Assembly: GCA_028864955.1 (NCBI GenBank)
Contig: JAGWLE010000001.1
Span: 1 to 27,306, forward strand
Length of the DNA stretch: 27,306 bases
Source: Patescibacteria group bacterium
Lineage (GTDB): Bacteria; Patescibacteriota; Minisyncoccia; Phycocordibacterales; PALSA-1337
Direction: 5' to 3'
Shown: positions 8,801 to 15,342 of the stretch, in pieces
Position numbering within the stretch: position 1 is the stretch's first letter
Layout: every line of letters starts with the position of its first letter
Position numbers and translations under genes: made by a program
Notes under the pieces: model-generated
Database searches by the model: none
Seen by the model: the letters and a program-made list of their open reading frames with translations, nothing else
What the model was told of the DNA's origin: nothing

Positions 8801-9492
8801 CCAGGTTTTTCACTTTCGACTTTTGACTTTTGGCTTTTGACTTTTAACTTCACATACACCGACAAATCCTTGACCGTCTCATACCCCTGTGCCAATTCAT
8901 GCGACGACAACGCCGTACCGCAGCGCGGGCACCAGGGCACGACTTTATAGTCCTTATAGAGGAGCTTCTCGTGATCGACGTGCTTGACGATGTTCCAGAC
9001 TGATTCGATGAAGTTTGGCTTATATGTGACATAGGCATTCTTCAAATCAACCCAAAATGCCATACGTTCGGTGAGTTCTTCCCATTCGCGTACATACGTC
9101 CAAACAATCTCTTTGCACTTGGAATTAAACTCCTCGATACCGTATGCGTCAATTTCTTTTTTTGACCTAATGCCAAGCTCCTTCTCTGCCTGGAGTTCGA
9201 CGGGTAATCCGTGAGTATCCCAGCCTCCGCGACGACGTACGCGATAGCCGCGCATGGTCTTATAGCGCGGAATAGCATCCTTGAAGGCGCGCGATTCAAA
9301 ATGACCGATATGCGGCCGCCCATTAGCGCCTGGCGGTCCCTCGTAAAAAACAAACTCGCCCTTTGGCGCGGGCTTATTCAGGGACTTTTCAAAAATGCCC
9401 TGCTCTTTCCAAAATGCAAGAATAGACTCCTCACGTTCTGCATGAGGAGATTTTGGATGTTCTGTCTTTTTCGAGTCAGCCTGATCTGCCAT
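5884..9492 (-). CDS. ileS: Isoleucine--tRNA ligase, type 2 (IleRS2), with inserted histidine phosphatase domain
   Basis: GPPGANGRPHIGH, GWDTHGLPVE, WTTTPWTLPGN, GTGIVHMAP, DWAISRERYWGTP, VMDVWFDSG, EAIDQTRGWFY and KMSKS. C-terminal EG.LRELLRKIQDLRKEKGL.VSD is characteristic of type 2. Confidence 0.97.
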   Translation of the reverse strand: MADQADSKKTEHPKSPHAEREESILAFWKEQGIFEKSLNKPAPKGEFVFYEGPPGANGRPHIGHFESRAFKDAIPRYKTMRGYRVRRRGGWDTHGLPVELQAEKELGIRSKKEIDAYGIEEFNSKCKEIVWTYVREWEELTERMAFWVDLKNAYVTYKPNFIESVWNIVKHVDHEKLLYKDYKVVPWCPRCGTALSSHELAQGYETVKDLSVYVKLKVKSQKSKVESEKPGDTYLLAWTTTPWTLPGNVGLAVNEKIEYVKIKDLFIGEPVKEELNGLTPNVSETMSQFYILAKDRFESVRGHFKNPSIVETFKGKDLIGTEYEPLYPFLKDNVSGAEKEKLTNAFKVYAGDFVTTEDGTGIVHMAPMYGQDDFELGTRVGLPKYHLVNDDGTFKKEAGFLAGKFVKDDEAVAVEIIKDLAYRGLLFYKEKYEHTYPFCWRCHTPLIYFARDSWYIAMSKLRDKLVRENEGIHWEPEHIKEGRFGEWLREVKDWAISRERYWGTPLPVWLCEKCGVRRVVGSVEEIARKPKNEYWIMRHGEAEFNAKGLLNSDANVSNHLTEVGKQKIAEHLAPLKGEGIDLIFASPFMRTQESARIVQKMFGLADEQFITDDRLQEMALGKWNGKPLEGFMKEFPMDIYRFSKSPVGVETYAEVKKRMGDFLYDIESKYSGKKILIVSHGSPTMMLIAAAHGWDREQTIAYELNNYIQKGHYKKVDFRIVPHNPEYELDLHRPYIDDTKLACSCGGDMKRVKEVMDVWFDSGAMPFAQDHYPFESKVENQESHGLLSKIFGHEQKLAYPADFISEAIDQTRGWFYTLHAVGTLMGMGKAYKNVICLGHILDADGKKMSKSLGNVVNPFEMMDKYGADALRFWMYSVNQPGESKNFDEKTVDEVVKKVFNLALNVTSFYKIYEHRPKVESHKSQEPSQKSKVKSQKSKVTSDTVQPESQNVLDRWIVSRMNQLIEAVTKGMDAYVFLEPTRAIRDFVADLSQWYLRRSRDRFKGDDEADKQSALNTTRWILLTLAKVMAPFTPFFSEYAYKEVGGELESVHLTEWPAAGAVDEKLLKEMEIARQISSKGLEARNAAKINVRQPLASFSTTSAVISLGEIIKDELNVKEIVFGATEDKLDTDISAALKEEGDLRELLRKIQDLRKEKGLKVSDIAVLVVPAELKSLVNKFEAEIKKATNLTSIEEGATLGLAA
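6668..6737. repeat. In-frame heptamer tandem array (TGACTTt/c/g x10 on plus strand) inside ileS
   Basis: tcacttg tgacttt tgacttc tgacttt tgacttt tgacttc tgacttg gctcttg tgacttg tgacttt; encodes KVESHKSQEPSQKSKVKSQKSKVTSD. Confidence 0.95.
7144..7171. repeat. Short in-frame heptamer array (4 units) inside ileS
   Basis: tgactct tgatttt cgacttt cgactca; encodes ESKVENQESH. Confidence 0.7.
7340..7900 (-). other. Histidine phosphatase (phosphoglycerate-mutase-like) domain inserted in IleRS (approximate boundaries)
   Basis: YWIMRHGEAEFN (RHG), ASPFMRTQESA, DDRLQEMALGKWNG, ETYAEVKKR and ILIVSHGS. Lies between IleRS segments CEKC..GSVEEI and DLHRPYID..CSCGG. Confidence 0.92.
8810..8851. repeat. In-frame heptamer tandem array (6 units, 42 nt) inside ileS
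   Basis: tcacttt cgacttt tgacttt tggcttt tgacttt taacttc; encodes KLKVKSQKSKVESE. Confidence 0.92.
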
Positions 9493-9532
9493 ACGTGTAA
9501 AAGTAAGGCTATTCTAGCACTTTTCGGCTGAT

Positions 9533-11320
9533 TTACATCCTCTTTGGCACCGTGATCCCGAGCAACCATAGGCCGTCTGTCATGACATTCGTGAATGCGC
9601 GCGTCAGAGCGACGCGATATGGCGAGAGTGGATCATGTTCGTCGATGATAGTCTGCGACGCATAGAAGCTGTTGAACTCGCCGGCAAGCGACACCAGATA
9701 ATTGGCCACCAGCTGCGGCGCATATTCCGCCTGAGCGCGCTCGACGACGTCGGCAAATCGCGAAAGCAATTTTTCCAGAGAGCCAACCTTGTCCGGCAGC
9801 TTGATTTCTGAAACACCTGATTCGTCTCCGACAAGATCCAACATGTCACCTGCCACTTTTGACGTGTGACTTTCGCCTTGTGACTTGTTACTTGTAACGT
9901 GTGCCTTCTCTAAAACTGAATTTGCGCGCACCACGGAGTATTGCAGATATGGCCCCGAATCGCCTTCGAAGGAGATCGACGCTGCCGAATCAAAGATGAT
10001 ATCACTGCCGATCGACGTGCGCAGGATCGAGTACTTGATGGCGCCGATAGCGATCGCGTCCGAAATCTCCGTCGCCTCCTCCGGTTCGAATTTCCGATCG
10101 GCTATTTTCTGTTTGACCATCTCCTTGATGTCTGAAATGAGCGACTCGGCCGTGACAACATTGCCCGTTCGGCTCGACATTTTGCCTGAAGCAAATCGCA
10201 TCATGCCATGGCCGATGTGCATGGTCTTTGCGCCGACATTTTGATCGATGAGCGATAGGGCTTTGACGAGAACTCTGAAATAGTCGTTCTGTTCGCTGGC
10301 CGTAACGATGATCGAACGTTCAAGATCAGGGTGGCTCTGGAACTTGCTCGTATTCAGGCCGATTTCCTTGGCCTCATAGGTCGGCAGTCCCAAAGCGTTC
10401 ACGAACACGCGCGTATGCAAGCCGTAGTCTTCGCCTCTAAAGACGACCGCGCCCTCGCTCATTTGGAAGACATTCTTCGTCAGGAATTCCTTGACGATCG
10501 ACAGACCGACCGGCGCCATGTCGCTCTCGAACAGAGTTTCGTCGAATTTCGTGCCGAGTCGGGCGTAGAGCATGTCGAAATGATCGAGGCTCCATTTCCT
10601 GCCCTTCTCATACAGCGCGTTTACATCCTTGCTCGATCGCTCATACAGCAGGCGATTCAAGACTTCGATGTCATCCTTGGCGGCAGGATCTTCTTCATAG
10701 GCTTTCGTGCCTTCGACGTACATTTTGCCCAGAAAATCTGTCCTCTCGGCGATCGGCGCGGCATCGCGCGGCATTTCGTCCCGGTGTTTTTGGATCGCCC
10801 AGACCGCTTTGGCGATATGCAAACCGATATCCGAGGTATAGCACATGCGGATCGTCTCGGCCCCGGAATATTCGATCAGCCGTGAGAGGGACTCTCCTAT
10901 GGCATTCGACATCAGATGTCCGATGTGGAAGACCTTGAACGTGTTTGGATCGGTGTATTCGATGATGATCTTTCGAGCCAGCGAATTTCTGGCCGCCGAG
11001 CGCGAATGAAGAGCAGCAGGCGCGCGCATCCGAATGACTGTACGGGCAAAAGCCTCGTCTCTGACTGAAAAATTGATAAAACCCGGACCGGCTATGAAAA
11101 CTTTGGCAACGGCAGGCGGCATAGATCGGCCGAACTCGGCAACGATCTTCCCGGCCAATGACTGCGGCGACATGCCGAGCTTCCGGGCGCCAACCATCGC
11201 TATGTTCGTTGAAAAATCCCCGTGCGCCGGATTATCCGGATATGCCAGCCGTATGCCTTGTTCGTCGAGGCCGAGCTTTTGGGCGATCTCCTTGAGGCGT
11301 TCCAATATCTCCGCTTTCAT
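9533..11320 (-). CDS. argS: Arginine--tRNA ligase
   Basis: HGDFSTN, GPGFINF, EYTDPN..K.FHIGHL, KMSSRTG, FEGDSGPYLQYS.VRA.SVL and C-terminal GL.LLGI.VPKRM. Start moved from 11368 to the ATG at 11320, 7 nt after TGCTAGAAT. Confidence 0.97.
   Translation of the reverse strand: MKAEILERLKEIAQKLGLDEQGIRLAYPDNPAHGDFSTNIAMVGARKLGMSPQSLAGKIVAEFGRSMPPAVAKVFIAGPGFINFSVRDEAFARTVIRMRAPAALHSRSAARNSLARKIIIEYTDPNTFKVFHIGHLMSNAIGESLSRLIEYSGAETIRMCYTSDIGLHIAKAVWAIQKHRDEMPRDAAPIAERTDFLGKMYVEGTKAYEEDPAAKDDIEVLNRLLYERSSKDVNALYEKGRKWSLDHFDMLYARLGTKFDETLFESDMAPVGLSIVKEFLTKNVFQMSEGAVVFRGEDYGLHTRVFVNALGLPTYEAKEIGLNTSKFQSHPDLERSIIVTASEQNDYFRVLVKALSLIDQNVGAKTMHIGHGMMRFASGKMSSRTGNVVTAESLISDIKEMVKQKIADRKFEPEEATEISDAIAIGAIKYSILRTSIGSDIIFDSAASISFEGDSGPYLQYSVVRANSVLEKAHVTSNKSQGESHTSKVAGDMLDLVGDESGVSEIKLPDKVGSLEKLLSRFADVVERAQAEYAPQLVANYLVSLAGEFNSFYASQTIIDEHDPLSPYRVALTRAFTNVMTDGLWLLGITVPKRM
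9846..9908. repeat. In-frame degenerate heptamer array (9 units, 63 nt) inside argS
   Basis: tcacctg ccacttt tgacgtg tgacttt cgccttg tgacttg ttacttg taacgtg tgccttc; encodes EKAHVTSNKSQGESHTSKVAGD. Confidence 0.85.
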
Positions 11321-11361
11321 GCGGCCTATTCTAGCAAAATACCGCCATATAGACGATTGAT

Positions 11362-11390
11362 TTGACAAAGATATCGATTGGATGTATAAA
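11362..11390 (+). promoter_or_regulatory. Sigma70-type promoter TTGACA-N17-TATAAA
   Basis: TTGACA at 11362-11367, 17-nt spacer, TATAAA at 11385-11390; divergent from argS. Confidence 0.85.
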
Positions 11391-11395
11391 GATAC

Positions 11396-11630
11396 AAGCT
11401 CAAGCAGCGCACTTTCTGGAGATGCACGCTTCCTTTACGGCGGCTTGTGATGGTGGTTTAGACCAGCTGGCGGGCACTGGAATTCGCTCGTCAAACATTG
11501 CTCCGTCACGGGTAATCTCCCGTTTCGCTGATCGCCGCATACTTACTCGAGAGTACAGTCGTGTTATCGCGAAGCGCACGAGGCGCAGCCGCCGGTCACA
11601 GGAACACCCGGTAGCTGCGCCTTATTTTTT
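11396..11630 (+). ncRNA. Candidate non-coding RNA (~235 nt), family unidentified
   Basis: Bounded by the near-consensus promoter and an intrinsic terminator. No credible enclosed ORF; several local hairpins. Confidence 0.5.
11581..11630 (+). terminator. Intrinsic terminator
   Basis: Stem AGGCGCAGCCGCCGG / CCGGTAGCTGCGCCT (15 positions, one mismatch, one G-U), 12-nt loop, then TATTTTTT. Confidence 0.85.
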
Positions 11631-11649
11631 ACGCCAAAATCCGAAATTT

Positions 11650-12882
11650 CTACTTTGCCTGGCGCAAAATCCTGTCGATCATGCCGGCGATCCTTTCCAT
11701 GTCTTTTTCCTTGCCACCCCTGGTCGTCTCCGCCGCCGTGCCCAAACGAATACCTGAAGGATCGGCAGGAGGTCGCGTATCGAACGGAATAGCGTTCTTA
11801 TTGACAATGATGCCCTTTTGCTCGAGCCGCCGGCTGGCCTCGGCGCCGGCTATGCCGCCAACCCCCCGATCATTATTGCGGCCGTCGTTCCAGGTATCGA
11901 CAAGCACGAGATGCGAATCGGTGCCGCCGGAGATCAGCCGCCAACCGCGGTCTTGAAGCGTTTCCGCCAGCGCTTTTGCATTCTTCACGACTTGAGCGGC
12001 GTACTTTTTGAAAGTTGGGCTGGCCGCTTCACGGAGCGCCACCGCCACCGCCGCAATCTGATTTTCGTGCGGACCGCCCTGCAGACCGGGAAAAACCGCT
12101 TTGTCGATCTTCTTCCATAGCTCTCGCGAGTCTTTGCGTGAAAATATGAGCGCCGAGCGCGGCCCCCGCAGAGTCTTGTGCGTCGTGGTAGTCACGACAT
12201 CGGCATAATCAAAAGGCGACGGATACGCCCCACCGGCCACCAAGCCGGCGATATGAGACATGTCGACCATCATCAGCGACTCGGCTGACGTCGCCACTTC
12301 CTTGCACCTCTGCCAGTCGATGACGCGCGGGTAGGCCGTGTAGCCAAAAACGATGATCGTCGGCCGCTCTTTCATGGCTTGTTCGCGCAAAATATCGTAG
12401 TTCAACATCTCTGTCGTTTGATCGAGGCCATAGGGCACTTGCGTCCAGAATTTGCCCGAGGCCGAGACTTTTTGACCGTGCGTCAGATGTCCGCCCTGAT
12501 CGAGCGCCATGCCCATGATCTTGCCGGCAGGCGTCGGCCGACCATCGGCCGCGGCGCCGGCGCGTGGCACCAGCGCCATATACACGGCCGTATTCGCCGG
12601 CGAGCCGGAGAGCGGCTGTACATTGACATGCCACTCGGCCGGATTGAGCCCGAAGAGTTTGAGGGCGCGCACCTGACAGAGCTTCTCGAGCTTATCAACA
12701 ATCTGATTGCCGCCATAATAGCGCTTATCGGGATAGCCTTCGGAATATTTGTTGGTAAATTCGGAGCCTAAAGCTTCCAGCACATCGCTGGATACGTAAT
12801 TTTCCGAAGCAATCAGATTGACGACTTTTTTCTGGCGCCTCTTTTCAGCTTCGATAAGTTTTTTGACTTGAATATCTTTCAT
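11650..12882 (-). CDS. glyA: Serine hydroxymethyltransferase
   Basis: LIASENY, NKYSEGYP.KRYYGG, VQPLSGSPAN, GGHLTHG, PLP-lysine motif TTTTHKTLRGPR, FPGLQGGPH and SGIRLGT. Confidence 0.98.
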   Translation of the reverse strand: MKDIQVKKLIEAEKRRQKKVVNLIASENYVSSDVLEALGSEFTNKYSEGYPDKRYYGGNQIVDKLEKLCQVRALKLFGLNPAEWHVNVQPLSGSPANTAVYMALVPRAGAAADGRPTPAGKIMGMALDQGGHLTHGQKVSASGKFWTQVPYGLDQTTEMLNYDILREQAMKERPTIIVFGYTAYPRVIDWQRCKEVATSAESLMMVDMSHIAGLVAGGAYPSPFDYADVVTTTTHKTLRGPRSALIFSRKDSRELWKKIDKAVFPGLQGGPHENQIAAVAVALREAASPTFKKYAAQVVKNAKALAETLQDRGWRLISGGTDSHLVLVDTWNDGRNNDRGVGGIAGAEASRRLEQKGIIVNKNAIPFDTRPPADPSGIRLGTAAETTRGGKEKDMERIAGMIDRILRQAK

Positions 12883-12915
12883 GGTAGCGAAATGTTTACC
12901 GAATGCGTGTCTTAA

Positions 12916-13899
12916 TTATTTCCTGTCCTTCTCATCGAAGCCGCCAGCCACCGTCATTTTTGCCTTGAGGACCGGATGAGGATCATAATCCTCGAGTTTG
13001 ACCATGTCTGGCCGGAAGCTGGCCAAGTCTTTGACCTCATCGGACAAGACGAGCCGGGGAAACGGCTTGGGAATACGCCTGATCTGTTCCCTGACCTGCG
13101 GAATATGATCTTCGTATATGTGCGCGTCGCCAAGCGTGTGGATGAATTCGCCTGGTTCGTAACCGCAGATCTTGGCCACGATCATGGTTAGTGCCGCGTA
13201 ACTGGCGATATTGAAGGGCACGCCCAGGAACATGTCGCAGGAACGCTGATACAAGAGGCAGGATAATTTGTTGCCGGCAACGTTGAAATGGAAGAGGATA
13301 TGGCAGAGTGGGAACGACAATGCCTCACCCGGCTTGGCCATGGCATAGAGGTATTGCGGATTCCAGGCGGACAAGATCGCGTGTTTGCGTTCCGGGAAAT
13401 TCTTGAGCGTATCCACGACCCAGGCCAACTGGTCAATCTTGCGGCCGTCGGCGGCCGGCCAGGCACGCCACTGTTCGCCGTAAATGCGCGGCAATTCGCC
13501 GTGAGCCGCGGCAAAATCGGTGTCTGTGCGGATCTTTTCCACGAATTCCTCGAGAGTGAGCGGCGGCAATTCGCCTGTATCAGCCTTCTTTTTATAGATC
13601 TTGTAGGGATAATCGTTCCAAATAGGCACCTTATGGTCGACGAGATATTTGATATTGGTCTGACCTGACATGAACCAGTAGAGTTCATGCATGATGCTGT
13701 TCCATGGCACTTTTTTGGTGGTGAGCAGCGGGAATCCTTGGGAAAGATCAAATCTCATCTGTCTGCCAAAGACGCTGGTCAGTCCGGTGCCGGTATTATG
13801 ATCATGCTTCAAAACGCCGTGATCGAGAATATCCCGCAGAAGATCAAGGTACTGGTACTCCGGATGCGAACGGCCCGTGTTATTGTGTGTCTTGTTCAT
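12916..13899 (-). CDS. thyA: Thymidylate synthase (ThyA family), divergent phosphate-binding residues
   Basis: FGRQMRFDLSQGFPLLTTKK, HELYWF, YGEQWR, SAWNP, catalytic PLCH, YQRSCDMFLGVPFNIASY and GDAHIY. Confidence 0.95.
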   Translation of the reverse strand: MNKTHNNTGRSHPEYQYLDLLRDILDHGVLKHDHNTGTGLTSVFGRQMRFDLSQGFPLLTTKKVPWNSIMHELYWFMSGQTNIKYLVDHKVPIWNDYPYKIYKKKADTGELPPLTLEEFVEKIRTDTDFAAAHGELPRIYGEQWRAWPAADGRKIDQLAWVVDTLKNFPERKHAILSAWNPQYLYAMAKPGEALSFPLCHILFHFNVAGNKLSCLLYQRSCDMFLGVPFNIASYAALTMIVAKICGYEPGEFIHTLGDAHIYEDHIPQVREQIRRIPKPFPRLVLSDEVKDLASFRPDMVKLEDYDPHPVLKAKMTVAGGFDEKDRK

Positions 13900-13964
13900 G
13901 AAGATAACGAGTTAGCTGATACGTATCCAAACACTCCGTGCGATGAGATCAGGCCATGGCGGGA

Positions 13965-14567
13965 TTATTTCTTGCGGCTGGATGACTTATGGGACATTTT
14001 GACGGCGCCGGTACGTCTGGTTTCCTCTTCCTTTGGATCGACGAAATGCTGCCAGTCGCGATCATGGTAGCGGCCAGTGACCTTGTAGTCTTTTTGCGGC
14101 ACATCTGATAATTCGGAAAAAAGAATCTGCCCGATGCGCATGCCCGGCCGCAAAATGATGGGAATATGGTTGAGATTGGCGAGCTCGAACGTGATATTCA
14201 AAAAATGGCCCGGATTGATGATGCCGGCAGTGTTGTGAATAATGAGGCCCAGCCGGGCCAAACTGCTCTTGCCGGACAGATGCACGAGGTATTTATCTGA
14301 GCCGAAATAGTCGATAGATGTGCCGAGCACGCTGACTCCCGGATGAAGGACAAACCTGCCGCCTTCGGGAATGATGATCTCCTTGGTCTCCGGAAAAATC
14401 TTCATAACCGGATCTATAGCGGTCGTGGATTCGGTATTGCTGATGATGAATTTGTGACCAAGGAGGATATCGTAACTGGCCGGTTGTAGACGATCCTCGT
14501 CGAATGAGTGGATGACGATGTCACCTTTTTCCAAAGCTTTCTTAATATCGCGATCGACGAGATACAT
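13965..14567 (-). CDS. dcd: dCTP deaminase
   Basis: LQPASYDILLG, FVLHPG, GKSSLARLGLIIHNTAG, TFELAN (catalytic Glu), PGMRIGQ and Y...GRY. Confidence 0.93.
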   Translation of the reverse strand: MYLVDRDIKKALEKGDIVIHSFDEDRLQPASYDILLGHKFIISNTESTTAIDPVMKIFPETKEIIIPEGGRFVLHPGVSVLGTSIDYFGSDKYLVHLSGKSSLARLGLIIHNTAGIINPGHFLNITFELANLNHIPIILRPGMRIGQILFSELSDVPQKDYKVTGRYHDRDWQHFVDPKEEETRRTGAVKMSHKSSSRKK

Positions 14568-14583
14568 GGCGGTGATGATGCTG

Positions 14584-15264
14584 TTATTCTATAGTAAACG
14601 TCTTCTCCGTTCCATAGTACTCCTGCCAATGGGAATTGTAATGGGCGAACATCCTTTCCAGGCGATCTTGCGGCAATTCAGACAGGCCAAGAACATTCAT
14701 GACGTTCGCGAGTTCCCGCCTGATATCATCCAGTCTGCTCTGATCCTCGGTCACGCGCTCGAATTCCGCCAGATATCCGTAACCGGCATTGCGGTCGATG
14801 CAGACGTGCATGTCCTCGGCCGCATACTCCTGCCGCTCGCGCGACCACTTGGCTTGATATGTGCAACCGGCGTCGAGCAACACCGTATCGAGTTCGTCCA
14901 GTGTTTTTTCAACGGGCACCTCGAATTCCATGCGCTTGACGCCGTTTGAACTGGTATCGTCCCCGACAGAGGCCTTCATAACCAACAGAACCTGGTTGTC
15001 GGTCTGGCGAGACCGGAGCGAAATCTTGGTGCCGCGAGTCACGATCTCTTCACACCGAGATCTCTGATCGGCCGGAATAATGTCCGCCAAGGCTCGGCGT
15101 AGAGGCTCCAGATCCGCCGGCAAATTGAAATAATGATTGAGCTGCCGGCCCGCGCTGATCATCTTGATGCCGGGAAATCGCTTGGAGAGATCGCGCTTGA
15201 GCTTCTCGGCGTTCTTCTTGGAGCCAAGCAGCGTCTTGATTTCAACCTCATACGAGTGCTTCAT
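14584..15264 (-). CDS. CYTH / triphosphate tunnel metalloenzyme family protein
   Basis: ExExK motif (YEVEIK), QLNHYF, LRSR, KRMEFE, KWSRERQEY, ID...GYGYLAEFE. Start moved to the ATG at 15264 (AAAGGA upstream) because the longer ORF overlaps the divergent folA. Confidence 0.85.
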   Translation of the reverse strand: MKHSYEVEIKTLLGSKKNAEKLKRDLSKRFPGIKMISAGRQLNHYFNLPADLEPLRRALADIIPADQRSRCEEIVTRGTKISLRSRQTDNQVLLVMKASVGDDTSSNGVKRMEFEVPVEKTLDELDTVLLDAGCTYQAKWSRERQEYAAEDMHVCIDRNAGYGYLAEFERVTEDQSRLDDIRRELANVMNVLGLSELPQDRLERMFAHYNSHWQEYYGTEKTFTIE

Positions 15265-15289
15265 GAAGGTATCCTTTACAGGTCTATGA

Positions 15290-15317
15290 AGTATAATGTT
15301 CCTACAGTCGTTTACAA
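15290..15317 (-). promoter_or_regulatory. Promoter TTGTAA-N16-TATACT for CYTH-dcd-thyA-glyA, overlapping a plus-strand TATAAT facing folA
   Basis: Minus -35 at 15312-15317 and -10 at 15290-15295; plus-strand TATAAT at 15292-15297. Confidence 0.6.
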
Positions 15318-15342
15318 GGATGACAGATAACTGATTTCTATT

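Noticed and set aside
6668-9908. CRISPR array or frameshifted pseudogenes at the repeats
   Set aside because: Units are 7 nt with no spacers, no cas genes are present, and all arrays preserve the reading frame.
11581-11622. SRP RNA domain IV in the GGAA-containing hairpin
   Set aside because: Lacks the CAGG...GNRA...AGCAG symmetric loop; GGAA lies within a 12-nt loop and the stem is followed by a U-tract.
11321-11649. T-box riboswitch leader for argS (and for ileS or glyQS)
   Set aside because: No AGGGTGGNACC T-box sequence on the minus strand; the U-tract is on the plus strand; argS, ileS and glyQS each have a -10 box within 18 nt of the start.
11362-11757. 131-aa plus-strand ORF from the track
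   Set aside because: Starts at the TTG of the -35 box, reads through a strong terminator and overlaps glyA antisense by over 100 nt. The internal ATG has GGAG at zero spacing, and the product has no protein-like features.
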